A stretch of DNA of 64,000 nt, taken from Candidatus Bathyarchaeia archaeon. GTDB lineage: Archaea; Thermoproteota; Bathyarchaeia; Bathyarchaeales; Bathycorpusculaceae. This document shows positions 51,198-61,858 of the stretch, piece by piece. A program made the translations under genes and the position numbers. The stretch covers positions 64,001-128,000 of the forward strand of contig JAVZNC010000003.1 of the NCBI GenBank assembly GCA_038882955.1, written 5' to 3'. Under the pieces are notes generated by a model, which was given only the letters and a program-made list of their open reading frames with translations, was not told the DNA's origin and did no database searches. Each line of letters begins with the position of its first letter. Within the stretch, counting starts at the first letter, position 1.

Positions 51198-52823
51198 TCA
51201 AGCAAGATTCTGACTGAAACTTTCGTATTCTTTTTCCGAAAACCAGCCCTCATCCCTAAACTGTTTTAATGCAGCAGCAATTTTTTCTCGAATTGTACTT
51301 CGCTTCAGAATGTTAAGCCTGCTTCCTTCTTCAAATATTTCCCTTTCGAAGGCGGCATTCTGCCCAACCAGTACTGGAAGTTTGCCTAAAAGCTGTGTCA
51401 AAGCGTCGAAGCGTGGGGTAAGAAGTTGTTTTATTTTAGCCATACCCAATGCTCCCTTAATTTTTGCTGTTAAGCCTATGCTGTTTGCGAATGAAGGCGG
51501 AAATATAACATAGCGACTTTTTAGTTCAAATTGGTAGCAAGCCATGTAGAATGGCACATAAACCAGTGTTGTTGCCCTTTGTCTTTGCTCCATTCCCAAA
51601 TTTTCAAGTTCATTAAGGTTCGCCATCCTCGCCTTTGCTGTTTTATCAATTTTTTCGGTTACTGCGAATGTCAAGTTTCCAAGACTTTCAACTTTTTGTT
51701 TAAGAAATTCAACCTTTGCGTCTCGTGTCACCTCAAGTTCAAGTAAATCCCTTTTCGCCTCATTAACCCTGTTTTCCCAAAGCGACTTCAGCTTAAAGGT
51801 TTCTTCAGATTTGTTTCCTTCAAGCTTTTCAATTTCCGCTTTAACATTTTTTATCCGCTTTTCTAATTCGGAAATCTCCTTTTTGCTTTGGGCGATTTTC
51901 TCTTTCCATTTTCTCTCACCCACAGCATCCTTTTTGGAAGCACATGTTTTCGCATCAACATTGTAGCGTTCAATTCTGTTTTGCAACTGCTCCTTTGCCT
52001 TTTCAAGTTTTATTTTCTCCTTTTGCAGTGGAAAAAGACTCTTCTCAAAGTCCTTAGCGAGTTTCTTTACCTTCTCGTTGAACTCCTCGTTTATGCCCCG
52101 AACTTTGGACTTTGTTATGGCTTCTTGCTCCTTTATTTTCTTGCCAAATTCTTCCTTTGTGGCTTTCATTTGCTTATGAAGTTCTCTGGTGAAAGTTTGC
52201 GCTTGTTTGTTGAGAAACTTCATACCATCATAAAGGACTTCAATTTCTTCCTTAAATGATGCCTTTATGTTTTCAATTTCCTGAACAACAGAAGAGATGC
52301 GCGACTCGTCCATTGTTAACGGCAATTTTAGTACATCCGCCAATGGTTTTTCAAGCTCCTTTGCTTCAGAAAAATGCGATGAAAATTCGCTGAGAACGCC
52401 AACATCCGCAATTAACCCATTTAGCGTTAACTCCTTCTTGACTGAGGGGTACTGAAAATAGTTTAAGTTTTCAGAGAGAAAGGAAATGAATGTTTCTAAA
52501 TCTTTGGAGCTTCTTTCAACGCCTTCCATAAAGCTTTTTGCGTCTGGCAAAACAGCATATGCAAAATTGCAGCTTGCCTTGCCCAATCCATCAAAGAGTA
52601 GGCTTCTTTTCTTCCATGGAACAACCCAGAATGGATAAGCGCTCTCAACAATGAAGGCTAGTTTTTCCTCAGGCTGTTTTAAGATTAAGCCTCCGCCCTT
52701 TGCCCTTTCCAGTTCGGCGAAACAGAAAATTGCAGCCTTTTCCATATCTTTAGTGAATGGCTCTTCACGACTTTCAGAAGCCACGGAAAACGGGAACAAC
52801 AACTGCCTAATTTCTTGAGACAA
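51198..52823 (-). CDS. hypothetical protein with a long central coiled coil
   Basis: K/E-rich heptads in the middle third, globular ends (AYPFW; YVPFY). Confidence 0.8.
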   Translation of the reverse strand: MSQEIRQLLFPFSVASESREEPFTKDMEKAAIFCFAELERAKGGGLILKQPEEKLAFIVESAYPFWVVPWKKRSLLFDGLGKASCNFAYAVLPDAKSFMEGVERSSKDLETFISFLSENLNYFQYPSVKKELTLNGLIADVGVLSEFSSHFSEAKELEKPLADVLKLPLTMDESRISSVVQEIENIKASFKEEIEVLYDGMKFLNKQAQTFTRELHKQMKATKEEFGKKIKEQEAITKSKVRGINEEFNEKVKKLAKDFEKSLFPLQKEKIKLEKAKEQLQNRIERYNVDAKTCASKKDAVGERKWKEKIAQSKKEISELEKRIKNVKAEIEKLEGNKSEETFKLKSLWENRVNEAKRDLLELEVTRDAKVEFLKQKVESLGNLTFAVTEKIDKTAKARMANLNELENLGMEQRQRATTLVYVPFYMACYQFELKSRYVIFPPSFANSIGLTAKIKGALGMAKIKQLLTPRFDALTQLLGKLPVLVGQNAAFEREIFEEGSRLNILKRSTIREKIAAALKQFRDEGWFSEKEYESFSQNLA

Positions 52824-53069
52824 TTGTTCACCATTCTAGATTTTAGAAGCCATTAACAACTTAAATGCTTTGTGAAACCCTTGAGATTGGAAGTTCGCCA
52901 TCCACTGTGCCTATTGCAAAAGTCTCAAAGCGTATTTGCCTTTATCTTTTCGGATAATAGAAAAATTTGGAGTTTTAGGCAGCAGCAGATAGGCATTCTA
53001 TTTGGTCACTTTAGTGACCTCGAATCTATAATTGCGGTTATTTGTATAAATTTTGCCCAAGCAAGCCTA

Positions 53070-54305
53070 TTATGACCTTTTCTTTTGTTTAAATAGTGAA
53101 GTTCCCACGGTGGCTATTATTGCAGTAGCAAGAATTATTATGACTGCAAGGTTTATGTAAAGCGGTCCAAAAACTTGGAATATTGAACCAGCTTCTGGAT
53201 ACAATATGGGATTAGCATATTGCATTGGTAGTGTTGCCAAAACAGCTGCAGCCAATCCTCTTGTCAATAGCACGCTCATTATTGGGCGTTCGCATGCTAG
53301 TTCGCTGGAGTCTTTTATTGCTATTGTTACTGCACCGAATCTAGCTAAAAGCAGTGTTAAAGATAGAATTATTCCAATAACGATTGTTGCTACGTCGCTT
53401 ATCGCCACTATTAAGCCTATGTAAACGAAGAAGAATGTTCTTAGGAGAAAAGCGATTTCCGACTCGAACTTTTTTAGTCCAGCATCAACAACCACGCTTT
53501 GGATTCTCTCCATCTTTAATATGTGATAAATCTCCTTTTCATTGCCAAAAACTATGCCGAACAGGAGTGAACAAAGCGCGCCGCTTCCGCCTAAAAATTC
53601 TGTGAAAGCGTAGGCTAGGAGCACAACCGCCAATGTTAGCATGTAAGCGTAAGATGCGATGGCAACTTTCCTAAGTATGGTGAGCCATATCAACCCGAAA
53701 ATGATGCCTAACACTATTCCAGTTGAGAATCTGCGTGCTATAGACTGGACGATTGCTGTTAAGTCAACGGTTCCTTTTAATATTATTTCAATAACGACCA
53801 GCGAGAAGACTATGCAGAAAATGTCCGTAATCGCAGATTCGAGGCTTAACACTGTTGAACATTTCTCGCTTAAACCAATTTTTGAAGCTAAAGAAAACAT
53901 AACTATGCTGCAACTGCCACCGAACATTGTTCCAAAAAGTATGCAGTAGGGTAGCGGAATGTCTGGGCGGGCAACCATTAAGACCAAGGTTACTGCGAAG
54001 ACGCTGAATGTAAAACCAGTTATTGCGAGAACAACTGCTCTTGGGCTTTCTGAAAACACGCGGTAAATGTTAATAGCCATTCCACCATCAAACAAAATGA
54101 AGACAAGCGCCAACGCAGCAAGATACGGCGCTAAACCCATTATTGCCCCAGCGTTAACAACATTTGTAACTGGTCCCAGAAGCATTCCAAGGGTTATTAG
54201 TATTAGCACGTCTGGAAAGCCTGTTCGCTCAAAAACGTAATTGCCCAAAAAACCGATAACAATTATTGCACCGCTTAGTATCAACGCAAGCGTGACGGGA
54301 TCCAT
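53070..54305 (-). CDS. cation:proton antiporter (NhaP/CPA1-like)
   Basis: ILFDGG, LESAITD, TFFFVYIG, RGLAAAVLA. Confidence 0.88.
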   Translation of the reverse strand: MDPVTLALILSGAIIVIGFLGNYVFERTGFPDVLILITLGMLLGPVTNVVNAGAIMGLAPYLAALALVFILFDGGMAINIYRVFSESPRAVVLAITGFTFSVFAVTLVLMVARPDIPLPYCILFGTMFGGSCSIVMFSLASKIGLSEKCSTVLSLESAITDIFCIVFSLVVIEIILKGTVDLTAIVQSIARRFSTGIVLGIIFGLIWLTILRKVAIASYAYMLTLAVVLLAYAFTEFLGGSGALCSLLFGIVFGNEKEIYHILKMERIQSVVVDAGLKKFESEIAFLLRTFFFVYIGLIVAISDVATIVIGIILSLTLLLARFGAVTIAIKDSSELACERPIMSVLLTRGLAAAVLATLPMQYANPILYPEAGSIFQVFGPLYINLAVIIILATAIIATVGTSLFKQKKRS

Positions 54306-54389
54306 ATCTCCAAACCTTTCCGCCCATAGTTTAGCAGAATCGCTTAAAGAATTTTCGTAGATGCTTGAAAGCGAAAAATAGAAATATGA

Positions 54390-55370
54390 TTGATGCTATG
54401 CTCATCTAGTTCGCGTGTGTTTAGAATGTTTGATCTCGTGCTCAATGTTTTGGCATTAGCCCTTTCGCTAGTTGTGTTAGCCGTGGCTAGCCAGTTCACT
54501 ATAAAATCAATCGAGAGGTTGATTGAGCTTACGCGACTCAGCGAGGCTTCTATTGGTTTTGTTGTAATGTCTGTGATGACAAGTATTCCTGAAATTTTTG
54601 TTGCTGCTTCCTCTGTTCTGCATGGTAAACCAGCATTTTCGGTGGGTGACATATTAGGCTCTAATGTTTTTAACATGGGGATAGTTGTCGGAGTTTTAGC
54701 GACCATGGACTTTCTTAAGAAGAGTTCCTCAGAACTTTTAACAGAACTTGTTGACATACTGTTCCTTTCATCCATAATTCCCCTAATCCTTGTCATTTTT
54801 GGGGCAGCCCACTCCTTGATTGGATTGGCGCTCATATGCATCTTTATGTTTAGCGTTCGCGAGATGACAAAAAAGAGGAAGCAAGCACCGCTTGACGATA
54901 AAACAGCCAACAATAAAAAGGCGGTTAGCAAGAAAAGCGTCCTTTTTAAGATAGTTATTGGAATTGCCGTGGTTATTGTGGCAGCCGAGCTTATAATTAT
55001 GTCAGCATCCAACATCTCAATAATACTTGGAGCTGCACCTGTGCTGATAGGCGCAAAAATCATAGCGATAGGCACGTCAATGCCGGAACTTGCCCTTGAC
55101 TTGACGGCTGTTCGAAGGGGACGAGTTAACCTTGCCATTGGAGATTTAATTGGCTCAAACTTGACGAATATCACCCTTATTTTAGGGATTGTTCTGCTAT
55201 TTTCTTCACCTGAACTGATTAACTTTTCAATACTCGCAGAAATTGTTCCATTTGTTTTAATAACAACGCTCATTCTTTGGCGTTACCTTACAAAAGGCGG
55301 AGTTTCACAGTTTGGCGGATTAGCATTAATAATTGTTTATGTTATATTCCAAGCGGTTGTAACGGCATAG
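54390..55370 (+). CDS. Na+/Ca2+ antiporter (CaCA, YrbG-like)
   Basis: Two alpha repeats TSIPE..GDILGSN and GTSMPE..GDLIGSN. Confidence 0.9.
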   Translation: MMLCSSSSRVFRMFDLVLNVLALALSLVVLAVASQFTIKSIERLIELTRLSEASIGFVVMSVMTSIPEIFVAASSVLHGKPAFSVGDILGSNVFNMGIVVGVLATMDFLKKSSSELLTELVDILFLSSIIPLILVIFGAAHSLIGLALICIFMFSVREMTKKRKQAPLDDKTANNKKAVSKKSVLFKIVIGIAVVIVAAELIIMSASNISIILGAAPVLIGAKIIAIGTSMPELALDLTAVRRGRVNLAIGDLIGSNLTNITLILGIVLLFSSPELINFSILAEIVPFVLITTLILWRYLTKGGVSQFGGLALIIVYVIFQAVVTA

Positions 55371-55384
55371 AGAAACGCATTTCC

Positions 55385-56071
55385 TTACCAGATTTTGTCC
55401 ACCTTCAAATGCGTTAAGTATCCAGCAACACCATACAGCGGAAAAGAGGAAATCTCCACCATGTTTCCTGTTGAAATCGGATTTTCGACAAAGACAAAAA
55501 ACCCAACCAAGAGAAGAAATACACCATAAACCGCGAGTGATCTAAAGTTATGGAAAGTTTCAACGGTTCTCCATTTTAGGCGTACTCCAGAAAATAAAAC
55601 CCAAATTACAATGGGCGCAAACAACAAAATAAAATATCTTTTATACCATGGCGGGTCTTTGTAGACGGAACTGTTTTCCCTTTTTCTATAAATCGATGGC
55701 AAGTCTGGAAGAAAATTGCTGTAGAAGAATACGAGCATGCCCCACAACATGGGAGCGATGGAATTTTCACCGAAGAAGTAGAAATTTGCAAATACAAAGA
55801 TTATGCTTGCTGGTAAAACCACGAATTTGAAAACCTTAACAGCAGCATGCACGTGTTCTGCTGTTTCTTCTTTCATACGCCAAACTGGAAACTTTGACTT
55901 CACTTTTCGGTTTATACTCTTAAAAGAGTGCAGTACAAAACCGTAAATGGCAGTGTATAACCCCTTAAGAACATCACGAATAGCTTTTGAAACCCCACCC
56001 TTCTTTTTACGCGTAGTCCATCGCCACCCGCCCATTAAACGCCATCCGACTTTAACCTTTTGCTTAAGCAC
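55385..56071 (-). CDS. membrane protein, possible YdjM-like metal-dependent hydrolase
   Basis: H, LPDL, FHN and HLKVD residues in a TM context. Confidence 0.55.
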   Translation of the reverse strand: MLKQKVKVGWRLMGGWRWTTRKKKGGVSKAIRDVLKGLYTAIYGFVLHSFKSINRKVKSKFPVWRMKEETAEHVHAAVKVFKFVVLPASIIFVFANFYFFGENSIAPMLWGMLVFFYSNFLPDLPSIYRKRENSSVYKDPPWYKRYFILLFAPIVIWVLFSGVRLKWRTVETFHNFRSLAVYGVFLLLVGFFVFVENPISTGNMVEISSFPLYGVAGYLTHLKVDKIW

Positions 56072-57440
56072 TTGAATGTACAGTAGGCTTTCTTGCCAAA
56101 AAATCTGTTATCTTCTTTTGGAAAAGAGCATTTTTCAAAAGTTCACTCCGCATAATCCACCGTTGAATCGGAATTTGAAATCTACTTGCAATAAACTTTA
56201 AGGCTTCATCTAAATTATTAAAGGCATAAGGCTTCTGGCGCATGGCGTTCCTAACATTTTCTCTCACCTGCCAGACACCAACTGGCATTATATAGCCTGG
56301 ATGAGCCTCACGCAAAACAATCACCGTCGCTTGTCTCTCTTCCTTGACAAGTTGTTCGCAAACTGCCAGACGCGCCGCATAGTAGCACCCGCCAATCTCC
56401 GCGTAGGTTGTTCTTCCATCATAGCCCTCCCAATCAGAATACATGACAACACTTTTTCCGCTAGGGTTCCAAACAGTTCCCGGATACCAAGCCTCAATAG
56501 CCTCGTAGCTCCATTTGCCTGGAATCATGAGCACTTCGAAGATATTGTCCAAGTAACGTGATTCGTAAACACGGTATTCGCTTATTTCTGTAAAAGTCTT
56601 CACTTTGTCCATTAACTGTTTTGAGATTATGCTGTCAACGGCTGTTATGCTCCAGCGTGTTGGCACAAGTCGCCTATTCCTTTTTAAGCCGAAAGCGCCG
56701 ACACTGAAGGCTCTCTGAATTTTTGTCACAAACACGCCTTTACCGTATAGTTCTGTCACAGCCTCCGCCGCCCTCAAGTCCGTATCATAGTATGCCTTTT
56801 CAATCTGGTGGTCCCATCTGGCATTGCCAACAAGCATGTTTCTTATCGGTGCTGATGGACCGAAGGGCTGAACTTCATCATCCAAAAGGATGAAGCCTCT
56901 AGGCTTTTTCTTTAACATTAACTCGACATCAACTGGGTTAACAGCCAAAGCCAGTTCACGCGTCTTCTCAATTATTTTGCCTCCAGCTTCAAACTTTTGC
57001 ACATGAACGCGGTATTTGCCCCTTATCAGCAAAGAGCGAAAACCAACAATGTCGTCTATGGACTTTCCAAACCAAAACTCTGGCAAATCATATAGGCTTG
57101 TGTCTTCCCTAATTGGCGGAACAAGTGGTCCAGCATAAACGTATGGATAACCGATCCTTCCAACAAATACGCTTGGGGGCGAAGCCCCAGCAATTTCCTC
57201 GCTCTGCATAAGAGGCATGCTCTTCAAGAAATAGTTAGCCTTCACAATTATAGGACAGCGAGTTTTGCCGCAAAGAAAACGCGAACCCTTGCACACCACG
57301 CACAAGCCGCTTCGAGAAGCTTTAGCGATTATCTGGCTTTCGTCGTAATTAATTTCAGAAACTGCGCCTGACTCCTTTAGTATGTCAAGTAGCCAGACAT
57401 TTGGAGAACGGCCATTCGCTTTCCTATGAGAAAGCCTCAA
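56064..57440 (-). CDS. nreA: Nre-family DNA repair protein
   Basis: CVVCKG..LCG..RCP, SPPSVFVG, LVPTRWSITAVD, PVGVWQVRE, PIP QKKITDF. Confidence 0.9.
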   Translation of the reverse strand: MRLSHRKANGRSPNVWLLDILKESGAVSEINYDESQIIAKASRSGLCVVCKGSRFLCGKTRCPIIVKANYFLKSMPLMQSEEIAGASPPSVFVGRIGYPYVYAGPLVPPIREDTSLYDLPEFWFGKSIDDIVGFRSLLIRGKYRVHVQKFEAGGKIIEKTRELALAVNPVDVELMLKKKPRGFILLDDEVQPFGPSAPIRNMLVGNARWDHQIEKAYYDTDLRAAEAVTELYGKGVFVTKIQRAFSVGAFGLKRNRRLVPTRWSITAVDSIISKQLMDKVKTFTEISEYRVYESRYLDNIFEVLMIPGKWSYEAIEAWYPGTVWNPSGKSVVMYSDWEGYDGRTTYAEIGGCYYAARLAVCEQLVKEERQATVIVLREAHPGYIMPVGVWQVRENVRNAMRQKPYAFNNLDEALKFIASRFQIPIQRWIMRSELLKNALFQKKITDFLARKPTVHSSA

Positions 57441-57507
57441 CTTTTATCACCATAACCCTTGGTCTAAACAGGCTCATAATGCTTTCTGGAAAATTTAAAA
57501 TATCAAG

Positions 57508-59394
57508 ATGGGCATATTGGGAAGAAAAGGCTTTGAAATTATGTATAAGAAAAGTGCAATTAAAAGAATCGCGCTTACGCTGTTCGTTTTGGCGTTTGCG
57601 GCTTCTCTTCTTCCAACTAGCATAAAAATCCATGGCAGCCCATCGGACAATTGGTGGCCCATGTTCCAATGTGACCCCTGTAGGACGGGCAGTTCAGGCT
57701 CAAACGTACCAATCTCCAATTTGACACTTTGGCATTACCAATTCTCAACCGCGCAGGGATTTTATGTCTTTTCGCCTGTTGTAGTGGATGGACGAGTCTA
57801 TATTACGGTTCCTTACATGCAATGTATAAATGCGACAACTGGTCTTCCACTGTGGTATAATCATACTTTGGGAATAAACACATTTTCTCCAGCAGTTTCA
57901 AACGGGAAAGTCTACGTATGCAATGGCACGAATGTCTACTGCTTAGACGCTTACACTGGCAACTATATTTGGAATTTTACCACATCGCAGAATTTCACTT
58001 GGCTTAACTCTGCTCCTATTGTTGCTGGTGACAAAGTTTATGTGGGCAACGGAGGCGGAATATGGTGTTTAAACGCTGCAACTGGCAGCCAAATATGGTA
58101 CGCTGCTCGTGATGCATATTATGGAATTTCTCTTGATGGAGACAGAATTTTCGCAGCACGTTATGAGATTAACTGCTTAAACGCAAGTACTGGCGCCTTA
58201 TTATGGTATACTCCGTTAAAATGTATGACGTGGACGATGCCGGTGGCTTATGAAGGAAGAATCTTTGTGGGTGACATAGTGTCTTACACGAATCAAACAG
58301 GAGTTTTACACTGCCTAAACCAGACCACTGGAAGCTATATTTGGAACTTCACAAGCGATGTGCAAAGTCCATCATTATTTCCTCCAGCTGTTGGCTTCTG
58401 GAAAGTAGTCATAGCCTTCGGTGACTATCTGTACTGTTTGCGGGCTGACAACGGTGAAATGTTGTGGTGGCGTGGCTTCTGTCAACCTATATTCACGTCG
58501 CCAGTGTTAAGCCTCACAGCAGATTCAAAAGTCATTGTAGGCTCCAACTATAATGTTTACTGCTGCAGCTTACTAAACGGAAATACAATCTGGGAGCATC
58601 CTACTGGCGACTGGGTGGAATCCACACCAGCAATAGCTGATGGAAAAATTTTTGTCGGCTCAGACGACGGTTATCTGTACTGTTTCGGAAGCGAAAACAT
58701 TCCTCCGTCTATAACGATAACTTATCCAGAAAACATGACCTTTACCAATATTTCGACGGTAACGGTTTCTGGAACAGCGTATGATAACGTGCAAGTTAAA
58801 AGCGTCAAAATCAGAGTAAACTATGGCTCATGGAGCAACGCCATCGGCACAACATCGTGGAGCCAAAATGTCACATTAAGCTTCGGCTCAAACATCATAC
58901 AAGCACAAGCCTTCGACTCCTTCAACAATCCATCTTCAATAGAAACAATAAACATAACCTTCGACGACGTAAGCCCAACAATTTATCAACCAATCCAAAG
59001 CCCATCACATGACAACGTATTTCCAAACCAGCCAGTACGAGTCTTCGCTTTAATGAGTGACGTTGGAACAGGAATAAAAAACACTACTTTATACTATGAG
59101 GTTAACGAAAATGGCACATGGATACCACGCGAAATGCACCTCAACGAATCAATAGGACTATACGAAACGGAAATCCCCGGATACCCCGAAAACACGCTAA
59201 TAAAATACAAGATATTGGCTTATGACTATGCTGGAAACGGCGTGGAACAAAACGGCACAGGCAGCTACTACCCATACACGGTTATCCCAGAACTCCCAAC
59301 AATACTTATGCTAACATTATTAATCGCCACAACAACATCAGTACTCGTAATAACCTGCCACAAGAGAAAACCGTCAAAAACACCTAACTCATAA
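57508..59394 (+). CDS. secreted PQQ/BamB-type beta-propeller protein with Ig-like domains and a VIPE(L)+TM anchor
   Basis: WPMFQ..RTG, repeated CLNA.TG..W blades, C-terminal VIPELP-TM-basic tail. Confidence 0.85.
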   Translation: MGILGRKGFEIMYKKSAIKRIALTLFVLAFAASLLPTSIKIHGSPSDNWWPMFQCDPCRTGSSGSNVPISNLTLWHYQFSTAQGFYVFSPVVVDGRVYITVPYMQCINATTGLPLWYNHTLGINTFSPAVSNGKVYVCNGTNVYCLDAYTGNYIWNFTTSQNFTWLNSAPIVAGDKVYVGNGGGIWCLNAATGSQIWYAARDAYYGISLDGDRIFAARYEINCLNASTGALLWYTPLKCMTWTMPVAYEGRIFVGDIVSYTNQTGVLHCLNQTTGSYIWNFTSDVQSPSLFPPAVGFWKVVIAFGDYLYCLRADNGEMLWWRGFCQPIFTSPVLSLTADSKVIVGSNYNVYCCSLLNGNTIWEHPTGDWVESTPAIADGKIFVGSDDGYLYCFGSENIPPSITITYPENMTFTNISTVTVSGTAYDNVQVKSVKIRVNYGSWSNAIGTTSWSQNVTLSFGSNIIQAQAFDSFNNPSSIETINITFDDVSPTIYQPIQSPSHDNVFPNQPVRVFALMSDVGTGIKNTTLYYEVNENGTWIPREMHLNESIGLYETEIPGYPENTLIKYKILAYDYAGNGVEQNGTGSYYPYTVIPELPTILMLTLLIATTTSVLVITCHKRKPSKTPNS

Positions 59395-59409
59395 AAGTCT
59401 CGTGTTTAA

Positions 59410-59487
59410 TGGCGCCCTGGCCGGGATTTGAACCCGGGTCTAGCGGGCGACAGCCGCTTATACTAGACCGGACTATACTACCAGGGC
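59410..59487 (-). tRNA. tRNA-Asp(GTC), CCA encoded, no intron
   Basis: GCCCTGG acceptor, AGCGG-CTGTCGC-CCGCT anticodon arm, GGTTCAAATCC T-arm, GCCA end. Confidence 0.95.
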
Positions 59488-59930
59488 TCATGGCATTTTG
59501 AGACGCCAAAAGAATAGGTTGAGATAGCAAATTTAAACCTTATCTTCTAATGATTATTTTTTGGAATTGCTGCTGTTTGGTTCTTGCAAATTGCCTTAAT
59601 CTTTTCAAATTCCTCATCTTCCGCGTGTTTCCTTCGCAAGTACAAATCCAAAATGAGCATTGAAATGTATGGCACTAAAAAGATAAAGCACAGCGAAGAG
59701 AAGATTCTCAAATAACATACATAAGCCGAACGCTCGGCTTAAAGGCTCAAACTCATAAAACCTTAAGATGTCCTGTATTATGAAAGCCAAAAAGTCAACA
59801 TCAAACAAACCACAAACTGAACAAGCACACTTCTATACTTTCCCAACAGAATAACAAGTAATAAGCAAAACACGCAGGTTTTCATCACAAAAGGGGATAT
59901 AAAGAAAGAGGTTGGCGTCATCCTTTGCAT

Positions 59931-60581
59931 TTAGGCTGGTGTCGCAGCTGATGTTGCAGGTTGTGCCTGTTGGGGTTTTATCTGGAAGAATGCGATGGCA
60001 AGCAATAGTGCCGAAATCCATATTAGGATTAATCCTATGCCGAAAAGAATGATTAGCACTGCACCTATTAGAAGCAGTAATCCAGCGGTTGAGAACAAAC
60101 CGACACCTGATTTTACTGAAAGCGTTCCAAGCGAGCGCCTGACAAAGAATGCTGAGATGATAGAGAAAACCCAGAAAGTAACGAACACCACGAACACGCC
60201 TACAAGGAAAGGTGTAATGGCTTCTAAAGAAAACTTTGACATATCCGGTGTTAGACCTGAAAGTGCCGTCCAGTCGCCATTCCAGTCTGGGAAAATCGTA
60301 TATAGAAAATCAGTCAGCGAAGTTAAAACCGTAATAATAGCTAATGCCATTGCAATCACGCCACCGACTATTCCTATTATCAGTCCGTAAAGGGCGTTGT
60401 TGAAAATGCTTCCTTCGTGGTAATAGCTAGCCAAATTGTACAGGGCAACCATGACAAGCACTAGACCGACAAGCTCGATTATGCCAAGGTAATTGATGTA
60501 TGGAAAAATCCCAATAAACATCAGCAATGCGCCTACTCCGCCCAATATTCTACCATTTTCTATTGACATTTTTATCCTCAA
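59931..60581 (-). CDS. DUF996-like membrane protein
   Basis: ILGGVGALL, IFNNALY, SGVGLFSTAG, LLAIAFF. Confidence 0.75.
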   Translation of the reverse strand: MRIKMSIENGRILGGVGALLMFIGIFPYINYLGIIELVGLVLVMVALYNLASYYHEGSIFNNALYGLIIGIVGGVIAMALAIITVLTSLTDFLYTIFPDWNGDWTALSGLTPDMSKFSLEAITPFLVGVFVVFVTFWVFSIISAFFVRRSLGTLSVKSGVGLFSTAGLLLLIGAVLIILFGIGLILIWISALLLAIAFFQIKPQQAQPATSAATPA

Positions 60582-60725
60582 CCCCCTAATCTAAGTGAAC
60601 TAAGAATAAAAGGGTTACCAAAACGTTGAGTCCTTCACATTAAACTAGAGGCGAAAAGCAACAGAATTCAATAATTTAGTTAAAACAATGCCCTTCTTCA
60701 ATGTGAACCTGGATATTTTCGTTTT

Positions 60726-60994
60726 TCACCTAATTACTTTGACTCCGCCGATTATACCCGAGATGAAGCCTATTATGAATTCTTCTCCCATGATTATGCT
60801 GGGTATCGAGAACACAATGGCTGTAATACTCGCAAATGGACCGCTGCATTATTGGCTGATCCTAGAAGCGCAGGAAAATCCAAGGAAACCATGTTGCTGC
60901 AATTCCTACTGCCACAACATTGTAAACTATCAAGATCCCCGCTACCAGAGACAAGGCAAATGTTTTTGTTGGTTTTCGCTTTGGCTTGTATCAT
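60726..60994 (-). pseudogene. decayed small membrane protein gene
   Basis: Segments KPTKTFALSLVAGILIV..WFPW, PALLGS and IVFSIPSII..FIIGFISGIIGG lie in different frames. Confidence 0.5.
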
Positions 60995-60995
60995 A

Positions 60996-61550
60996 TCACT
61001 CTCGAGATTTTCTTGCAAGTTCCCTAGCCCAATTGTAAATTTCATCCCAGCTGCGCAGGTCATAGATATTTGGTGCAACTTTGAAGCCGTGTTTTTCAAG
61101 TTGCGGTTTGAAGAATCCCATACCTTTACGTGCTATGAAGCCCATTTTGTTATAGTCGATAACTCCGCCGAAAAAACCTAACGCTATAGGCTTGAGATCG
61201 TACTTTGCAACTTTGTCCTCTAGGGCAAGCTTTCGCGTTCTCGCAACGTCATCCATCTTTCCTTCTCTCTCAAAAAACGTTATCATCGAAGAGACAAACA
61301 AAGCCAGCTTTTTACCTTCAAAGTTCTTCCTGAATTTTTTCAGAAAATCCTCAGCCTCACTTGTATATCTACAATTGCCCATGCCACTGCCCACAATGAT
61401 TAAGTCATACTCTGATATGTCTTCAATTTTTTCTTCTTTCAAGTTAGCTACCTTAGTGTCAAAACCTTCCTCTCTTAATATCTTTGCTATTTCCTCTGAA
61501 GTTCCAGCAGTTGCTCCATAGCGTGTACCATATGCAATCAACGCTCTCAA
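60996..61550 (-). CDS. flavodoxin-domain protein (HemG-like)
   Basis: YGTRYGAT FMN loop, YDLIIVGS, DLRSWDEI..W. Confidence 0.85.
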   Translation of the reverse strand: MRALIAYGTRYGATAGTSEEIAKILREEGFDTKVANLKEEKIEDISEYDLIIVGSGMGNCRYTSEAEDFLKKFRKNFEGKKLALFVSSMITFFEREGKMDDVARTRKLALEDKVAKYDLKPIALGFFGGVIDYNKMGFIARKGMGFFKPQLEKHGFKVAPNIYDLRSWDEIYNWARELARKSRE

Positions 61551-61675
61551 GATCTCACCTGCACACTGGTTTTCAACTAGATTAATAAATATTCCTTAGG
61601 CTGGCACACGCGAATAAGTGACCGACGTATACGGATTCAAAAATCCTCTGCCAACGCAAGCAATTCTAACAAAAA

Positions 61676-61696
61676 GTGCGGGGAGTGGGATTTGAA
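61676..61696 (-). mobile_element. tRNA 3'-end fragment (Leu-like), putative att site of an integrated element
   Basis: TTCAAATCCCACTCCCCGCAC is a T-loop, T-stem 3' strand and acceptor 3' strand with no matching 5' half. Confidence 0.55.
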
Positions 61697-61858
61697 TCTC
61701 GCAGCATTGAGAAACCACTCGCAAAGCTTATGCAGTCATGATTACTGCAGCATTGCCCTGCGTTGAGTTTGCTGATGATTTTTCTTCTATAAGATTATTA
61801 CAGAAAAATATAAGTTGATTTATAACTCATAATGCTGAGCGCCTAAGGAGAGCAAATA

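Noticed and set aside
54344-55273. 309-aa minus-strand ORF
   Set aside because: Antisense shadow of the CaCA antiporter with no motifs
57700-58700. Repeated W/CL.A.TG units as a possible diversifying repeat
   Set aside because: Ordinary diverged beta-propeller blades with no near-identical DNA repeats
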